From positions 1 through 41,788 of IMG/VR virus record IMGVR_UViG_3300028914_000022: a stretch of DNA of 41,788 nt; one strand, 5' to 3'. A model generated the notes under the pieces. The model was given only the letters and a program-made list of their open reading frames with translations, was not told the DNA's origin and did no database searches. The stretch comes from a virus. This document shows positions 1 through 8,160 of this stretch, piece after piece. The stretch's first letter is position 1. Every line of letters begins with the position of its first letter. The translations under genes were made by a program, and so were the position numbers.

Positions 1-91
1 GCCAACTTTTCAACCGCTTCTTTGGTTGATTTGCGCGGGTTTTTCGGGTTCGGTTTCAACTCTGATAACCGCCTGTACTCAATTTGGTTGT
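1..91. repeat. Terminal direct repeat, copy 1 (identical to 41698..41788)
   Basis: Bases 1-91 (gccaacttttcaaccgcttc...aatttggttgt) recur exactly at 41698-41788. The repeat runs to both window ends. Confidence 0.97.
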
Positions 92-134
92 GAACGTCTT
101 GTGGCCGTTCGTTTTTCCCTTTAACGTCTGCCAT
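1..134 (-). CDS. 5' end of the ParB-like/methyltransferase gene (wraps the circular junction into 41788..41238)
   Basis: Minus-strand ATG at 134 gives MADVKGKNERPQDVHNQIEYRRLSELKPNPKNPRK. This reads in frame through the repeat into ORF 41238..41756. L-x-PNP-x-NPR is the ParB/Srx N-terminal box. Confidence 0.7.
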   Translation of the reverse strand, partial: MADVKGKNERPQDVHNQIEYRRLSELKPNPKNPRKSTKEAVEKL

Positions 135-151
135 AACCTTGATATTTTTTG

Positions 152-182
152 CAAATGTAAACAATAAATATTTAATGGCAAA
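152..182 (-). promoter_or_regulatory. Bacteroidota-type promoter (TTTG-N19-TAcaTTTG) for the ParB-MTase/terminase operon
   Basis: Minus strand reads gggaTTTGccattaaatatttattgttTAcaTTTGcaaaaaatatcaaggttATG. The -7 box is at 152-159, the -33 TTTG at 179-182, and the spacer is 19 nt. Confidence 0.6.
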
Positions 183-183
183 T

Positions 184-210
184 CCCGAATGGTTTTTTAC
201 GCCATCCGGG
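184..210 (-). terminator. Hairpin at the end of the early operon (putative intrinsic terminator)
   Basis: cccgaatgg (184-192) pairs with ccatccggg (202-210): a 9-bp stem with one G-U and a 9-nt loop. It lies just after the stop of 224..559. The downstream U-tract is weak. Confidence 0.4.
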
Positions 211-223
211 AATCATTTTGCAT

Positions 224-559
224 TTATTCTGACAACATCTTGTATCGTCCCCGATTGAACCATTTGTCAACAAACGCTTTTATTGCCGGGATGTCGTAAA
301 TGCCGTTTGATGATAGGCCGACGACAATTGATAACATAACGACACCAAGCCAAACAGGTTCTCCGAATTCGATTAAATGCAACGCCCATGCAGCCACGGA
401 CAACAGCGCACCAACGAACCATGCGACGATCTGAGGCCAAATTCCATGAATAATGCACAAAGCACCATTGATTAAACCTGCCAATGTAACAGTTAATGTC
501 ATAAGCATTGGTGCGATGTACCAGAACGATTCTGAAAAAATACCTTTGATAATTTCCAT
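224..559 (-). CDS. Small integral membrane protein (about 3 TM helices), function unknown
   Basis: 111-aa ORF with an ATG start and three long hydrophobic stretches (e.g. WYIAPMLMTLTVTLAGLINGALCII). It is the last gene of the early operon. Confidence 0.6.
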   Translation of the reverse strand: MEIIKGIFSESFWYIAPMLMTLTVTLAGLINGALCIIHGIWPQIVAWFVGALLSVAAWALHLIEFGEPVWLGVVMLSIVVGLSSNGIYDIPAIKAFVDKWFNRGRYKMLSE

Positions 560-587
560 GATGATTAAATTTATTTAGTTAGACATT

Positions 588-601
588 CCCGGATTACCGG
601 G
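588..601 (-). promoter_or_regulatory. Leader hairpin, copy A (CCCGG-atta-CCGGG)
   Basis: 5-bp GC stem 28 nt upstream of ATG 559. Its flanks (gttagacatt / tggattgtt) are shared with copy B at 7358-7398. Confidence 0.4.
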
Positions 602-724
602 TGGATTGTTTTTTTTGAACAATTGAAATACAAGCCGGCCCGTCCGACTTAATTGGCAATTCGAACTTGATACATGCAGAAGTCCACAAATCGCTCCAAG
701 TGCAATACCAACAATCACCGCACG

Positions 725-1072
725 TCAATTGCCTTGGCTCTTTTGCCACTCCTTCAACCTTTTCTTGATTTCCTTTAGTGTCCATACGTCTGGATTTTGT
801 TCTAAGAACTCAATGAATTTTTCACGGCCTAATTTTCGGTAGATCGGAACAACGTCTGCCCTGCACAAGTCACAAGGCTCTCCGGGTTCGATCGCTTTTT
901 CCCGACCTTCTTTTTCTGCCTCCATTGAACATTCGAAAATGTCCTTGCCATCTTTATTACAAATTACATATTCGCACCCGTTAATTTTAATGTGTCCGTA
1001 ATATCTTACAATTGAAAACGGGGAATCAGACCAAAATTCCTCGGTCATTAAAATCGGTTCGTTTTCTTTCAT
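725..1072 (-). CDS. Hypothetical protein
   Basis: 115-aa ORF with an ATG start, ATGA-coupled to the upstream gene. Confidence 0.6.
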   Translation of the reverse strand: MKENEPILMTEEFWSDSPFSIVRYYGHIKINGCEYVICNKDGKDIFECSMEAEKEGREKAIEPGEPCDLCRADVVPIYRKLGREKFIEFLEQNPDVWTLKEIKKRLKEWQKSQGN

Positions 1073-1377
1073 TGTTCAGTTTCAATTTTAGGGATAAACG
1101 CTGCATCGTTGCATCTTCCGTCGTAAAAACTTATTTGAGCAATCAAGCAATGCCGGTCCGGATCATCTTTCATATCCAACAAACGATCACCCGCTCGGCC
1201 TTCGATGGCAAGCCATACGGCAGACACGAACTGCGGATCGCGGTTTCCGTAATCAACTTCTATGAAGTAATGATCTCCACCGAATTTCGGTTCACACGGG
1301 AGTTGGGTCAAAGATTCGACCATCTTGCATAATTGCGCGTCAAATGCGGTCACTTTATTTTGCCAATGTTTTTCCAT
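1069..1377 (-). CDS. Hypothetical protein
   Basis: 102-aa ORF with an ATG start, packed head to tail in the minus-strand operon. Confidence 0.55.
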   Translation of the reverse strand: MEKHWQNKVTAFDAQLCKMVESLTQLPCEPKFGGDHYFIEVDYGNRDPQFVSAVWLAIEGRAGDRLLDMKDDPDRHCLIAQISFYDGRCNDAAFIPKIETEQ

Positions 1378-1552
1378 TTTTATATGCCTTTAATTTTTCA
1401 GCCAATTTTTTCATCCTTTCACGTAATTTATTGTTTTCGTCAATTACGGATTTTTGCATGGAGGTTACAAGGCCATATCTAATATATTCAACGCCGTTTT
1501 CATCCTCAACATATCCGAATTGAGTTTGCTTCAATTTAATAACATCTTTCAT
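1355..1552 (-). CDS. Hypothetical small protein with a coiled-coil C-terminus
   Basis: 65-aa ORF whose ATG overlaps the upstream stop (ATGA). Confidence 0.5.
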   Translation of the reverse strand: MKDVIKLKQTQFGYVEDENGVEYIRYGLVTSMQKSVIDENNKLRERMKKLAEKLKAYKNGKTLAK

Positions 1553-2064
1553 TTCTTAATATGATTGATTTTATTTTGAATAATGTCCCATCCATCAGAA
1601 CCCAATGCAACGGTCCGTGGATATTCTGTAATGTCGCCTTTGGGTACCACAATGTCATATAATCCCAATTGTCCCTTAATTGGCATTTCAACGACACGTC
1701 GCGGGTTGCGCATCATCCAGCCATAACCCTTTCGGGGCCTGTCTTTCTCCGGTATGCACGTCGCGGCCCAATCTTGCGGAGTGAAATCTTCCACGGGTTT
1801 CGTATCGTACAATTCAACGAAACCGCAAGTTACGCCGGCCATGCTGCACGGAATGTCATTCGGTTTTTTAGACGAACAAATAAGGAGATCGCCACGGTAA
1901 TTGATGTTTCGCGTTCTTACCTCGATTGTTTTCTCGGCATGATATTCCCCATTCGCATCACGGTAAACAACACGCGTCAATAAATCGGCATACGGTTGTT
2001 TGACCGTTAATGCCTTGAACATATCGTGTTCGTCTGGGTTGTAGTCTTTTTTGTTTATTTGCAT
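1549..2064 (-). CDS. ASCH/PUA-like domain protein
   Basis: The pattern KALTVKQPYADLL...KTIEVRTRNINYRGDLLICSS resembles the ASCH core. The ATG at 2064 is preferred over the GTG at 2082, which overlaps ssb. Confidence 0.55.
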   Translation of the reverse strand: MQINKKDYNPDEHDMFKALTVKQPYADLLTRVVYRDANGEYHAEKTIEVRTRNINYRGDLLICSSKKPNDIPCSMAGVTCGFVELYDTKPVEDFTPQDWAATCIPEKDRPRKGYGWMMRNPRRVVEMPIKGQLGLYDIVVPKGDITEYPRTVALGSDGWDIIQNKINHIKK

Positions 2065-2075
2065 AACTTTAAATT

Positions 2076-2471
2076 TTACCACGGTAAATCATCGCCGTTG
2101 TTTTCCGGGGTTGGTGCCGGTGCGGGGGCCTGTTCCGGTTTCTTACCGCCCAACAATTCCATTTCATCGACAATGACTTCCGTAACATAGCGAGTTTGCC
2201 CGGCATTATCTTGGTATGATCTTGTACGGGACTTCCCGACAATTAACAGCGACGTTCCCTTTTTGACATATTGCTGCACTACATTGGCCAATCCCGATTG
2301 CTTTACAACAATGTTGTGCCAATCCGTGACGTCTGGAATCTCTCTGCCGTCCCGGGTGGTAAATCCGCGTTCGGTCGTGGCCAACGTGAATTGTGCCACC
2401 TTCCCGCCTCCTTGGAATTCTGTAATTTTTGGGTCTTGCCCGACGTTCCCTCTCAAAAATACTTTGTTCAT
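2076..2471 (-). CDS. ssb: Single-stranded DNA-binding protein
   Basis: OB-fold SSB signature: MNKVFLRGNVGQDPK...WHNIVV...LLIVGKSRTRSYQD. It has a Pro/Ala-rich linker and an acidic tip, NGDDLPW. Confidence 0.93.
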   Translation of the reverse strand: MNKVFLRGNVGQDPKITEFQGGGKVAQFTLATTERGFTTRDGREIPDVTDWHNIVVKQSGLANVVQQYVKKGTSLLIVGKSRTRSYQDNAGQTRYVTEVIVDEMELLGGKKPEQAPAPAPTPENNGDDLPW

Positions 2472-2495
2472 GGTGTTTGTTTTTTGTTTTGTTTT

Positions 2496-2816
2496 TCAAT
2501 CATCAAATTTAGGACTTGTCAATAGATACAGGCGTTTTTTGTCAGACCATCCGGCCGCGTTGTTTAGGTTCTTTCTGTCTTCGTCATTGACAAATTCTAC
2601 CCACACACCGGATGTCGCATTTTCGACAATACGCACCAAACGTCCGACAATGTGTTTTTTGAACTTATAATATTCGCATCGCTCATTGATTGCCAAGACA
2701 CGTTTTGTCTTGATTGGGTGCGGTGTTTTTGGCGCACTGACGTATCGTTTGAAATTTGCATTGGCGAAATCCTTACGTATTGACCTTCGTACTACTTCGT
2801 TAAAATCCTGTCTCAT
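2496..2816 (-). CDS. Hypothetical protein
   Basis: 106-aa ORF, ATGA-coupled to the HNH gene. Confidence 0.55.
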   Translation of the reverse strand: MRQDFNEVVRRSIRKDFANANFKRYVSAPKTPHPIKTKRVLAINERCEYYKFKKHIVGRLVRIVENATSGVWVEFVNDEDRKNLNNAAGWSDKKRLYLLTSPKFDD

Positions 2817-3241
2817 TTAACAATGGTTGCGTATTCTTTTTTTAATTGCTCGATCGTCAACTGGTTCGCCCGGTATATCCGCATATTCTTCCGATTCCCA
2901 TTTTCCCAAACAGAATGGTGCGAAAAACACAGAATATTAACATTCCGGCAATCGTGTGAGGTTTCTGGGTGTGCACCGCGTGTCATTATGTGCGATACAT
3001 AAGTTGCCGAATATTGATACAAAGGCCGCATACATTCCGCGCAAACATGTGGATAATGGTCCCAGCAAAACCGATAGAAAAGTTCGTTTTCTTCCGGCGT
3101 GTGTCCTCTGCCGAACAATTCACGTTGTATCGACACCCGTAAATTTATTTCAACAGCAAAACGGCGGTCAATCAACGGTTCGTAACCTCGTTCCCTTGCG
3201 AAGTCGTACAATTCACGGGTGTCAATTACAATCGGTTCCAT
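2813..3241 (-). CDS. HNH-type endonuclease-like protein
   Basis: CAEC...SHIMTRGAHPETSHDCRNVNILCFSHH shows a CxxC, H, N, HH arrangement. The ATG at 3241 sits 1 nt after the upstream stop, and the longer ORF-track start overlaps the neighbouring gene. Confidence 0.55.
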   Translation of the reverse strand: MEPIVIDTRELYDFARERGYEPLIDRRFAVEINLRVSIQRELFGRGHTPEENELFYRFCWDHYPHVCAECMRPLYQYSATYVSHIMTRGAHPETSHDCRNVNILCFSHHSVWENGNRKNMRIYRANQLTIEQLKKEYATIVK

Positions 3242-3242
3242 T

Positions 3243-3833
3243 TTACATCGGCATTTCGTCAACACCTGCATCCGGTGTGTCTCCAAATAACGACAGTTGG
3301 GCCTGTTTCCCGTTAAAAAGAAATTCGTAAACTTCTTTCTTGATTAATTCAACGATTTGTTCCAACTCCTCCTCAAATCCGAAAGAAATTTGTCCCAACT
3401 TGATTCTTGGGGTGTTGATACATGTTTTTAAACCATTCGGGGTTTCAAAAACGGATGTAATGACAATACCAACATTGTCAGCGGTGCCGGACCATGACAC
3501 GCCGCGAACGTCGATCTTGTTGATCAGTTCTTCGCCAAACGCGCGTGCGTTCTCTTTCTGTTGCTTTGTTGCTTTCATTTCGCCGGATTCAATCAGCGTC
3601 AAAAACGACGTAATGTTGAAAACACGGGCAACAATCGGGCGCAAATCCTCAAACAGACCTTGCAAGTCCGGGTGGATGTCGCGCGTGACGTTTGCGTGAT
3701 AATCGGTAATGGAAGGTTCGCCACCAACGGTTTCCGTAATCTGGTAGTCGGCTTGCAACCCGCCATTAGGATTCAACTTGACCTTTGACAAATTGAAGTT
3801 CTTTTCGCTTGGGGTTTGTAATTCTTTTTCCAT
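3243..3833 (-). CDS. Hypothetical protein
   Basis: 196 aa from the ATG at 3833 (MEKELQTPSEK). The upstream extension in the ORF track overlaps the preceding gene. Confidence 0.55.
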   Translation of the reverse strand: MEKELQTPSEKNFNLSKVKLNPNGGLQADYQITETVGGEPSITDYHANVTRDIHPDLQGLFEDLRPIVARVFNITSFLTLIESGEMKATKQQKENARAFGEELINKIDVRGVSWSGTADNVGIVITSVFETPNGLKTCINTPRIKLGQISFGFEEELEQIVELIKKEVYEFLFNGKQAQLSLFGDTPDAGVDEMPM

Positions 3834-3838
3834 CGTAT

Positions 3839-4036
3839 TTATTTTTTTTCGGTTTCCGGTGCCGCCGGTACGGGGTCCAATACGCCAACGGCGATTTCGA
3901 CCAATTTGCATATATCCGAAACCACGGCGATTTCCGCCGGATTCACTTTCTGTGACTTTTTCTGCGCCAACCAGTTTTTAGTGTATTCAAGATAAAAACT
4001 TGGCGTGTTGTAGAACGTTAGTGTTTTAGATGCCAT
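3839..4036 (-). CDS. Hypothetical small protein
   Basis: 65 aa from the ATG at 4036 (MASKTLTFYN). It fills the gap between neighbouring genes. Confidence 0.35.
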   Translation of the reverse strand: MASKTLTFYNTPSFYLEYTKNWLAQKKSQKVNPAEIAVVSDICKLVEIAVGVLDPVPAAPETEKK

Positions 4037-4214
4037 AACAATTTTTTTCGGAGGGTAATTCTTTAAAACCGGTGAATTCAAGATTGATTCGTGTTTCAAT
4101 TGCACGCGGTGTTGATTGTACATTGATTCTTACTTCGTTTGCACCGGTAGTGTTTTTAATGTTCTCGACCAGTGCGTTTAATTCTGACTTGTACTCTTTG
4201 ATTTGTTCTTTCAT
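4026..4214 (-). CDS. Hypothetical small protein
   Basis: 62-aa ORF with an ATG start 2 nt after the upstream stop. Confidence 0.45.
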   Translation of the reverse strand: MKEQIKEYKSELNALVENIKNTTGANEVRINVQSTPRAIETRINLEFTGFKELPSEKNCYGI

Positions 4215-4216
4215 AC

Positions 4217-5053
4217 TTAAAAATCGTTTTGTTCCAACAACGCGGCAGCAATATCGGTTATTTTTACAGAATCTTCGATTTGCGGCGTTTTCGTTTGCTG
4301 GATGGTTAATATATCATTTTGAGGTTTTGCGTTTGTATTTTGGCTGTTTCCGGCCTTTTCCGGACCAGTTCCAAACTTCTTTGCAGATTCGGATGCGATT
4401 GTTGCGGCTATCGGCTGTTCATTCTCCACTTCAAGGTTGTGATACTCCTTCAATTTCAATTCAACCAATCCACGTTCTACCAATAAAGGCAAACAACGTG
4501 CAACGGCTTTTACATCCTCCAACGCATCATGCGCCGGATATGTTTCGCCCGGAAAACAACGCGAATACAATTCTTCAAGTTTTGGCCACTTCTTCATCCC
4601 AGATGGAGTTCTGGCATCAACCCACTTGACAGTCGCACGCATCGTGTCAATTCTCTTTCCTTTGTGCAAGGCGGATTCAACATCGTTCGCTTCGTAATAT
4701 TCCCGTCCTAATTCCCTCAATATATTGGCCTTGACAAAACTTGTGTCAAAATAGATATTGTGGCCGCAAATCAAACCGGCATCGTGGCAATCCTGTATGA
4801 ACATATCCACGACGGCGGCAAACGGTTCTCCGTGTTCTATCGCATATTCCGTGGTGATTCCGTGGATTTCGACGGTTTCTTGTGGTATTTCCCAACCTTC
4901 GGGCCTGATGATGTGGTTTTCTTCCTTGCATCCGTGAATCCATGCAAGTTGAACGATGTGTGGAAATTCCATGTAGTCGACGTCCCATTTGGCATGTTTT
5001 TCTGGTAAACCGGTCGTTTCAGTGTCAAAAATCAAAACATCTTTAATTGTCAT
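4217..5053 (-). CDS. DnaQ-like DEDDh 3'-5' exonuclease with a low-complexity C-terminal tail
   Basis: Exo I is FDTETTG, Exo II is GHNIYFD, and Exo III is HDALEDV. Confidence 0.88.
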   Translation of the reverse strand: MTIKDVLIFDTETTGLPEKHAKWDVDYMEFPHIVQLAWIHGCKEENHIIRPEGWEIPQETVEIHGITTEYAIEHGEPFAAVVDMFIQDCHDAGLICGHNIYFDTSFVKANILRELGREYYEANDVESALHKGKRIDTMRATVKWVDARTPSGMKKWPKLEELYSRCFPGETYPAHDALEDVKAVARCLPLLVERGLVELKLKEYHNLEVENEQPIAATIASESAKKFGTGPEKAGNSQNTNAKPQNDILTIQQTKTPQIEDSVKITDIAAALLEQNDF

Positions 5054-5066
5054 TTTCGTATCGCTT

Positions 5067-5471
5067 TTAAATTGTTCTTGGATCTTCTATATAAACATAA
5101 AGATTTTCGGCGGCAAACTGTTTCAGCCACTCTAAAAAATCGGAAAAATCCGGTTTGGAAATCTGCCGGGCTTCCAACAATCCACCGTAATCGTTGTAGC
5201 ACGATCCGCATTGCTGGCGTAGCCATAAATCGACCTGTTTTTCAGTCTTCCGTTCGCCTGTTTCAAGTAGGGCCGTTTGGATCGTTGGAACAATATAGTT
5301 GAAATAATAAGCCAATTGAAGTTCGCTTGATCCGGGCGCGGCCGCTTCGAAACGGATAACAACACGCTCGCCCTTGTGTTGTGCAAACCATTCGTTCAAA
5401 CGGTCCATAGGCATCCGCAACCGTCCATCGGTCCCGATCAATCCCGATTCGCTTATCTTTTGCGTCTTCAT
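5067..5471 (-). CDS. Hypothetical protein
   Basis: 134-aa ORF with an ATG start. Confidence 0.55.
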   Translation of the reverse strand: MKTQKISESGLIGTDGRLRMPMDRLNEWFAQHKGERVVIRFEAAAPGSSELQLAYYFNYIVPTIQTALLETGERKTEKQVDLWLRQQCGSCYNDYGGLLEARQISKPDFSDFLEWLKQFAAENLYVYIEDPRTI

Positions 5472-5472
5472 A

Positions 5473-5907
5473 TCAATTCGCGTTTGACCTGTTCAACAGT
5501 TCATTTTCCAATTCCGGGAACTCTTCAACGACGTATTGTGCAACGGTCAAATTATACGCCTGTTTTCCCAATTGTTCAATGTATTGACGTTCCGCATGGC
5601 TCAATTCGGAACGCTTTGCAATGACATTGATAAACTCGACAATAAACTTGTCAACCGTCCAGTCTATGAAATGATCAACAACGTGCGCCGGCAACTTATA
5701 ACCTTTTGGACCGCCTAATTTGTGCATCGCCTTGTATGATGCAACAGTAGTTTTCCGGGTTTCCTGTTGTTCTTTTAGGTATGCCGCAATATTATTGCGG
5801 TAACGTTCCCCGTTGATCAATTGTTCAACGGAAACGCCCTGCAAGGCCTTACACGAACGGATTTTGTCAACGTTCTTAATGACATTCAATGCGGTTTTGT
5901 AGTCCAT
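5473..5907 (-). CDS. Hypothetical protein
   Basis: 144 aa from the ATG at 5907 (MDYKTALN). The ORF-track start at 5940 is a TTG that lies inside the hairpin 5925-5953. Confidence 0.5.
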   Translation of the reverse strand: MDYKTALNVIKNVDKIRSCKALQGVSVEQLINGERYRNNIAAYLKEQQETRKTTVASYKAMHKLGGPKGYKLPAHVVDHFIDWTVDKFIVEFINVIAKRSELSHAERQYIEQLGKQAYNLTVAQYVVEEFPELENELLNRSNAN

Positions 5908-5924
5908 ATCTATAAATTTAACAA

Positions 5925-5953
5925 CCCGGGGCCGTCCCAATGACTACCCCGGG
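5925..5953 (-). terminator. Intercistronic hairpin (attenuator or RNA-stability element)
   Basis: cccgggg (5925-5931) pairs with ccccggg (5947-5953): a perfect 7-bp GC stem with a 15-nt loop. It lies directly after the stop of the SMC-like gene and is followed by ttgtt. Confidence 0.4.
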
Positions 5954-5962
5954 AAAAGTTAG

Positions 5963-7339
5963 TTATTTTTCGGTGTATTCTTCCACCAACATTTCGGTTT
6001 GTCCGCGTTGGACTTGCTCGATGAATCCTTGGAAACCGTTGCGTTTCGCAATGTCGATGATTGTTGCCAGACGCTTTGCGCCCAATGATTCGCCACGGGC
6101 GATGCGGAACACCTTGACGGTCGGATTGGATGCGATGATAAGTTTTGCGGCGATCTCCATAACCTGCGAATCGGAAACTTTGCCGGGAATGAAAGGAACA
6201 CCGTTCAATTCCAGACCATCGTCGGTAAATGTCAACCCCTCAATCGGCAATTCTGCGGACGCAATCAAGTCGGCGCGTTCCTTGCCCAATGAATCAATCT
6301 TTGCGTCCATCTGTTCGGCATTTGCCGCAACCTCGTCAAACTGTTGTTTCTTTTCCTTGTATTGCTCAACCAAGGAATGTTTCTTGTTGTGGGACTGTGC
6401 CTGTTCCAGAAGTTGGGGAACATCGGTATTTTCCGGATTGTTTTCTTCATATTTTTGCAACCATTGTTCGGCGTTGGCCTTGCGTGTTTCAAGATCGGCT
6501 TTTTCCTTTTTAAGGTTTTCCCGATCGGTTTTGGCCTGTGCAAGCGCTTCTTCATAGGCGATTCTCGCTTCTTCAATACGGGCTTCGAGTTCGGCCTTTT
6601 TAGCGGCCAGATCTTCATCGATCTTACGCTCACGTCCCGGGATCGCTTCCAATTGTTCAGTCCGTTGTGCAAGTGCGGCACGTACCGTCTTGGCCTTCTC
6701 GATCAATGCGGCATTCGTGCGTTGCTTTTCCATCAACTCCGTAACGTCAACGGGTTCGGCGTATCGCTCAATATCGCCCGGCTCCAATTGTCTTTCCATT
6801 GTTTCAACGAATCCGGCAAACGTCTTGACATCACGGTTGATCCCGGTGCGTTCAGTTTTCAGTCCGGAAACCTCTTTGTCAATAGCTTCAATACGTTCAC
6901 GGATTTCTGGTGCCAACAGAGCCTTAACAACTGCAATTTGTTTGCGCCGGCCCTCGGCGGTTTCGGACCATCTGGAAAATTCCACGGCGTCAAAGTCTTG
7001 GTAACCAAAGATTCGGGACAACATCGAAACATTGTTGGTTGCCATCCCGGTTGACTTCTGTTTGATGGTCAGCGTTCCGCGCGGGTTGTTCTCGGTAAAT
7101 GACAACGAAACGTCGAATTCCTCGCCGTCATCCCCGACAACCATTTTGGCAAAACCCTTTGATGCTCCGTTGCGCAACACCGCATCGCGTTCGCCTGTCA
7201 ACAATGCGCCGATGGCCTTTAACAATGTGGACTTCCCCAATTCGTTGTCGCCTGTTACAAAATAAACATTGCCGTTAAACTCGGCTTCGAATTTCTCAAT
7301 AACTTGAAAATTCAATAATTCTAATTTTTTAATATACAT
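5963..7339 (-). CDS. SMC/SbcC/Rad50-like coiled-coil ATPase
   Basis: The N-terminus is MYIKKLELLNFQ...VTGDNELGKSTLL (Walker A). The middle is a long E/K/A-rich coiled coil. The C-terminus has a signature-like KVSDSQ followed by a VKVFRIARGESLG block. Confidence 0.75.
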   Translation of the reverse strand: MYIKKLELLNFQVIEKFEAEFNGNVYFVTGDNELGKSTLLKAIGALLTGERDAVLRNGASKGFAKMVVGDDGEEFDVSLSFTENNPRGTLTIKQKSTGMATNNVSMLSRIFGYQDFDAVEFSRWSETAEGRRKQIAVVKALLAPEIRERIEAIDKEVSGLKTERTGINRDVKTFAGFVETMERQLEPGDIERYAEPVDVTELMEKQRTNAALIEKAKTVRAALAQRTEQLEAIPGRERKIDEDLAAKKAELEARIEEARIAYEEALAQAKTDRENLKKEKADLETRKANAEQWLQKYEENNPENTDVPQLLEQAQSHNKKHSLVEQYKEKKQQFDEVAANAEQMDAKIDSLGKERADLIASAELPIEGLTFTDDGLELNGVPFIPGKVSDSQVMEIAAKLIIASNPTVKVFRIARGESLGAKRLATIIDIAKRNGFQGFIEQVQRGQTEMLVEEYTEK

Positions 7340-7367
7340 CGTATCGTCATTTAATGGTTAGACATTT

Positions 7368-7383
7368 CCGGGAAACGCCCCGG
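7368..7383 (-). promoter_or_regulatory. Leader hairpin, copy B (CCGGG-N6-CCCGG)
   Basis: Plus strand reads ttCCGGGaaacgcCCCGGt. It lies 28 nt from the -7 box and 28 nt from ATG 7339. Confidence 0.5.
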
Positions 7384-7411
7384 TGCGTTGGATTGTTTGT
7401 CAATCGCACTG

Positions 7412-7442
7412 CAAATATAAGCGTTATTTTTTAATTACCAAA
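7412..7442 (-). promoter_or_regulatory. Bacteroidota-type early promoter (TTTG-N19-TAtaTTTG)
   Basis: Minus strand reads aaaatgTTTGgtaattaaaaaataacgctTAtaTTTGcagtgcg. It shares the 10-mer TTGGTAATTA with the promoters at 16099 and 17990. Confidence 0.7.
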
Positions 7443-7475
7443 CATTTTTTTTTATTTTTTTCAAAAAAATATTTT

Positions 7476-7682
7476 TCAATTTTTGCTTCGTGAAATATTA
7501 CCTAAAAATCCGCCCTCTTTTTCCCAACAATCCGCACATTTTTTACATAAAGATAAAACACCTTGTGCATATCTAAATTGTCCTTTTGTAATATTCTCTC
7601 CACAAATAAAACAAAACGTGTCTTTTGATGCCTTGGCATATCTATAACTGGCCAAACCGCTTTTTCGTGGGAAAAATGCCAT
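7476..7682 (-). CDS. Small zinc-ribbon protein
   Basis: Contains CFIC...CKKC. The ATG at 7682 lies 2 nt after the upstream stop. Confidence 0.5.
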   Translation of the reverse strand: MAFFPRKSGLASYRYAKASKDTFCFICGENITKGQFRYAQGVLSLCKKCADCWEKEGGFLGNISRSKN

Positions 7683-7684
7683 TG

Positions 7685-7900
7685 TCAAAACAATTTTAAT
7701 GCAGGGTTCAACAAATTATTATTTAATGAATCCAATTCTTCTTCCATCCGTTTCGACAACTCCAACACTTGCGGGTTTCTGGTTGAAAAGTAACGGCGTT
7801 GGTTGTGTCGCATCGTTGCGACAAATCGGATATATTGTTCGGCCTGTTCCGGCGTTATTTTTTGCAAATCTTCGATTTGCGGGCATTTAACATCTTCCAT
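7685..7900 (-). CDS. Hypothetical small protein
   Basis: 71 aa from the ATG at 7900 (MEDVKCPQIEDL). The longer ORF-track version overlaps the upstream gene. Confidence 0.5.
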   Translation of the reverse strand: MEDVKCPQIEDLQKITPEQAEQYIRFVATMRHNQRRYFSTRNPQVLELSKRMEEELDSLNNNLLNPALKLF

Positions 7901-7910
7901 ATATAATTTA

Positions 7911-8159
7911 TCATTTTTTTGTTTTGCGTGTATTTGATGACTTGGAAATGGCCTTTTTTGCTGGACGGCCTTTTTTCTTTTCCTGTTGTTCACTTTGTTG
8001 TTGCTCCACGGCTCCTTTTTTCTGTTCGTGTGCGCAATCAACGAAATTTACGATAATGCCGCCACGGAAATCGTCGCATTGGGTACACTCCTTTGATCCA
8101 ACCTTTATTCCCTGACGGTGAGGGCAATTTGGAGTTACGACAATAAACATTCTTTTCAT
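7911..8159 (-). CDS. Small Cys/His-rich protein with a basic AT-hook-like tail
   Basis: Contains CPH...CTQC...CAH and then KKKGRPAKKAISK, which has a GRP core. The ATG at 8159 lies 1 nt after the RuvC-like stop. Confidence 0.5.
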   Translation of the reverse strand: MKRMFIVVTPNCPHRQGIKVGSKECTQCDDFRGGIIVNFVDCAHEQKKGAVEQQQSEQQEKKKGRPAKKAISKSSNTRKTKK

Positions 8160-8160
8160 T

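Noticed and set aside
594-785. 63-aa minus-strand ORF that overlaps gene 725..1072 by 61 nt and ends inside leader hairpin A.
   Set aside because: It has a large out-of-frame overlap and no recognisable motif. The 165-nt region 560-724 is better treated as a non-coding leader. It remains possible that this is a small Cys-rich protein.
6265-6681. 138-aa minus-strand ORF in an alternative frame inside the SMC-like gene, and similar internal minus-strand ORFs (4746..4988, 12665..12949, 19498..19830, 24335..24799).
   Set aside because: They are fully nested in longer ORFs with clear motifs. Their basic, Arg-rich composition is typical of off-frame translation.
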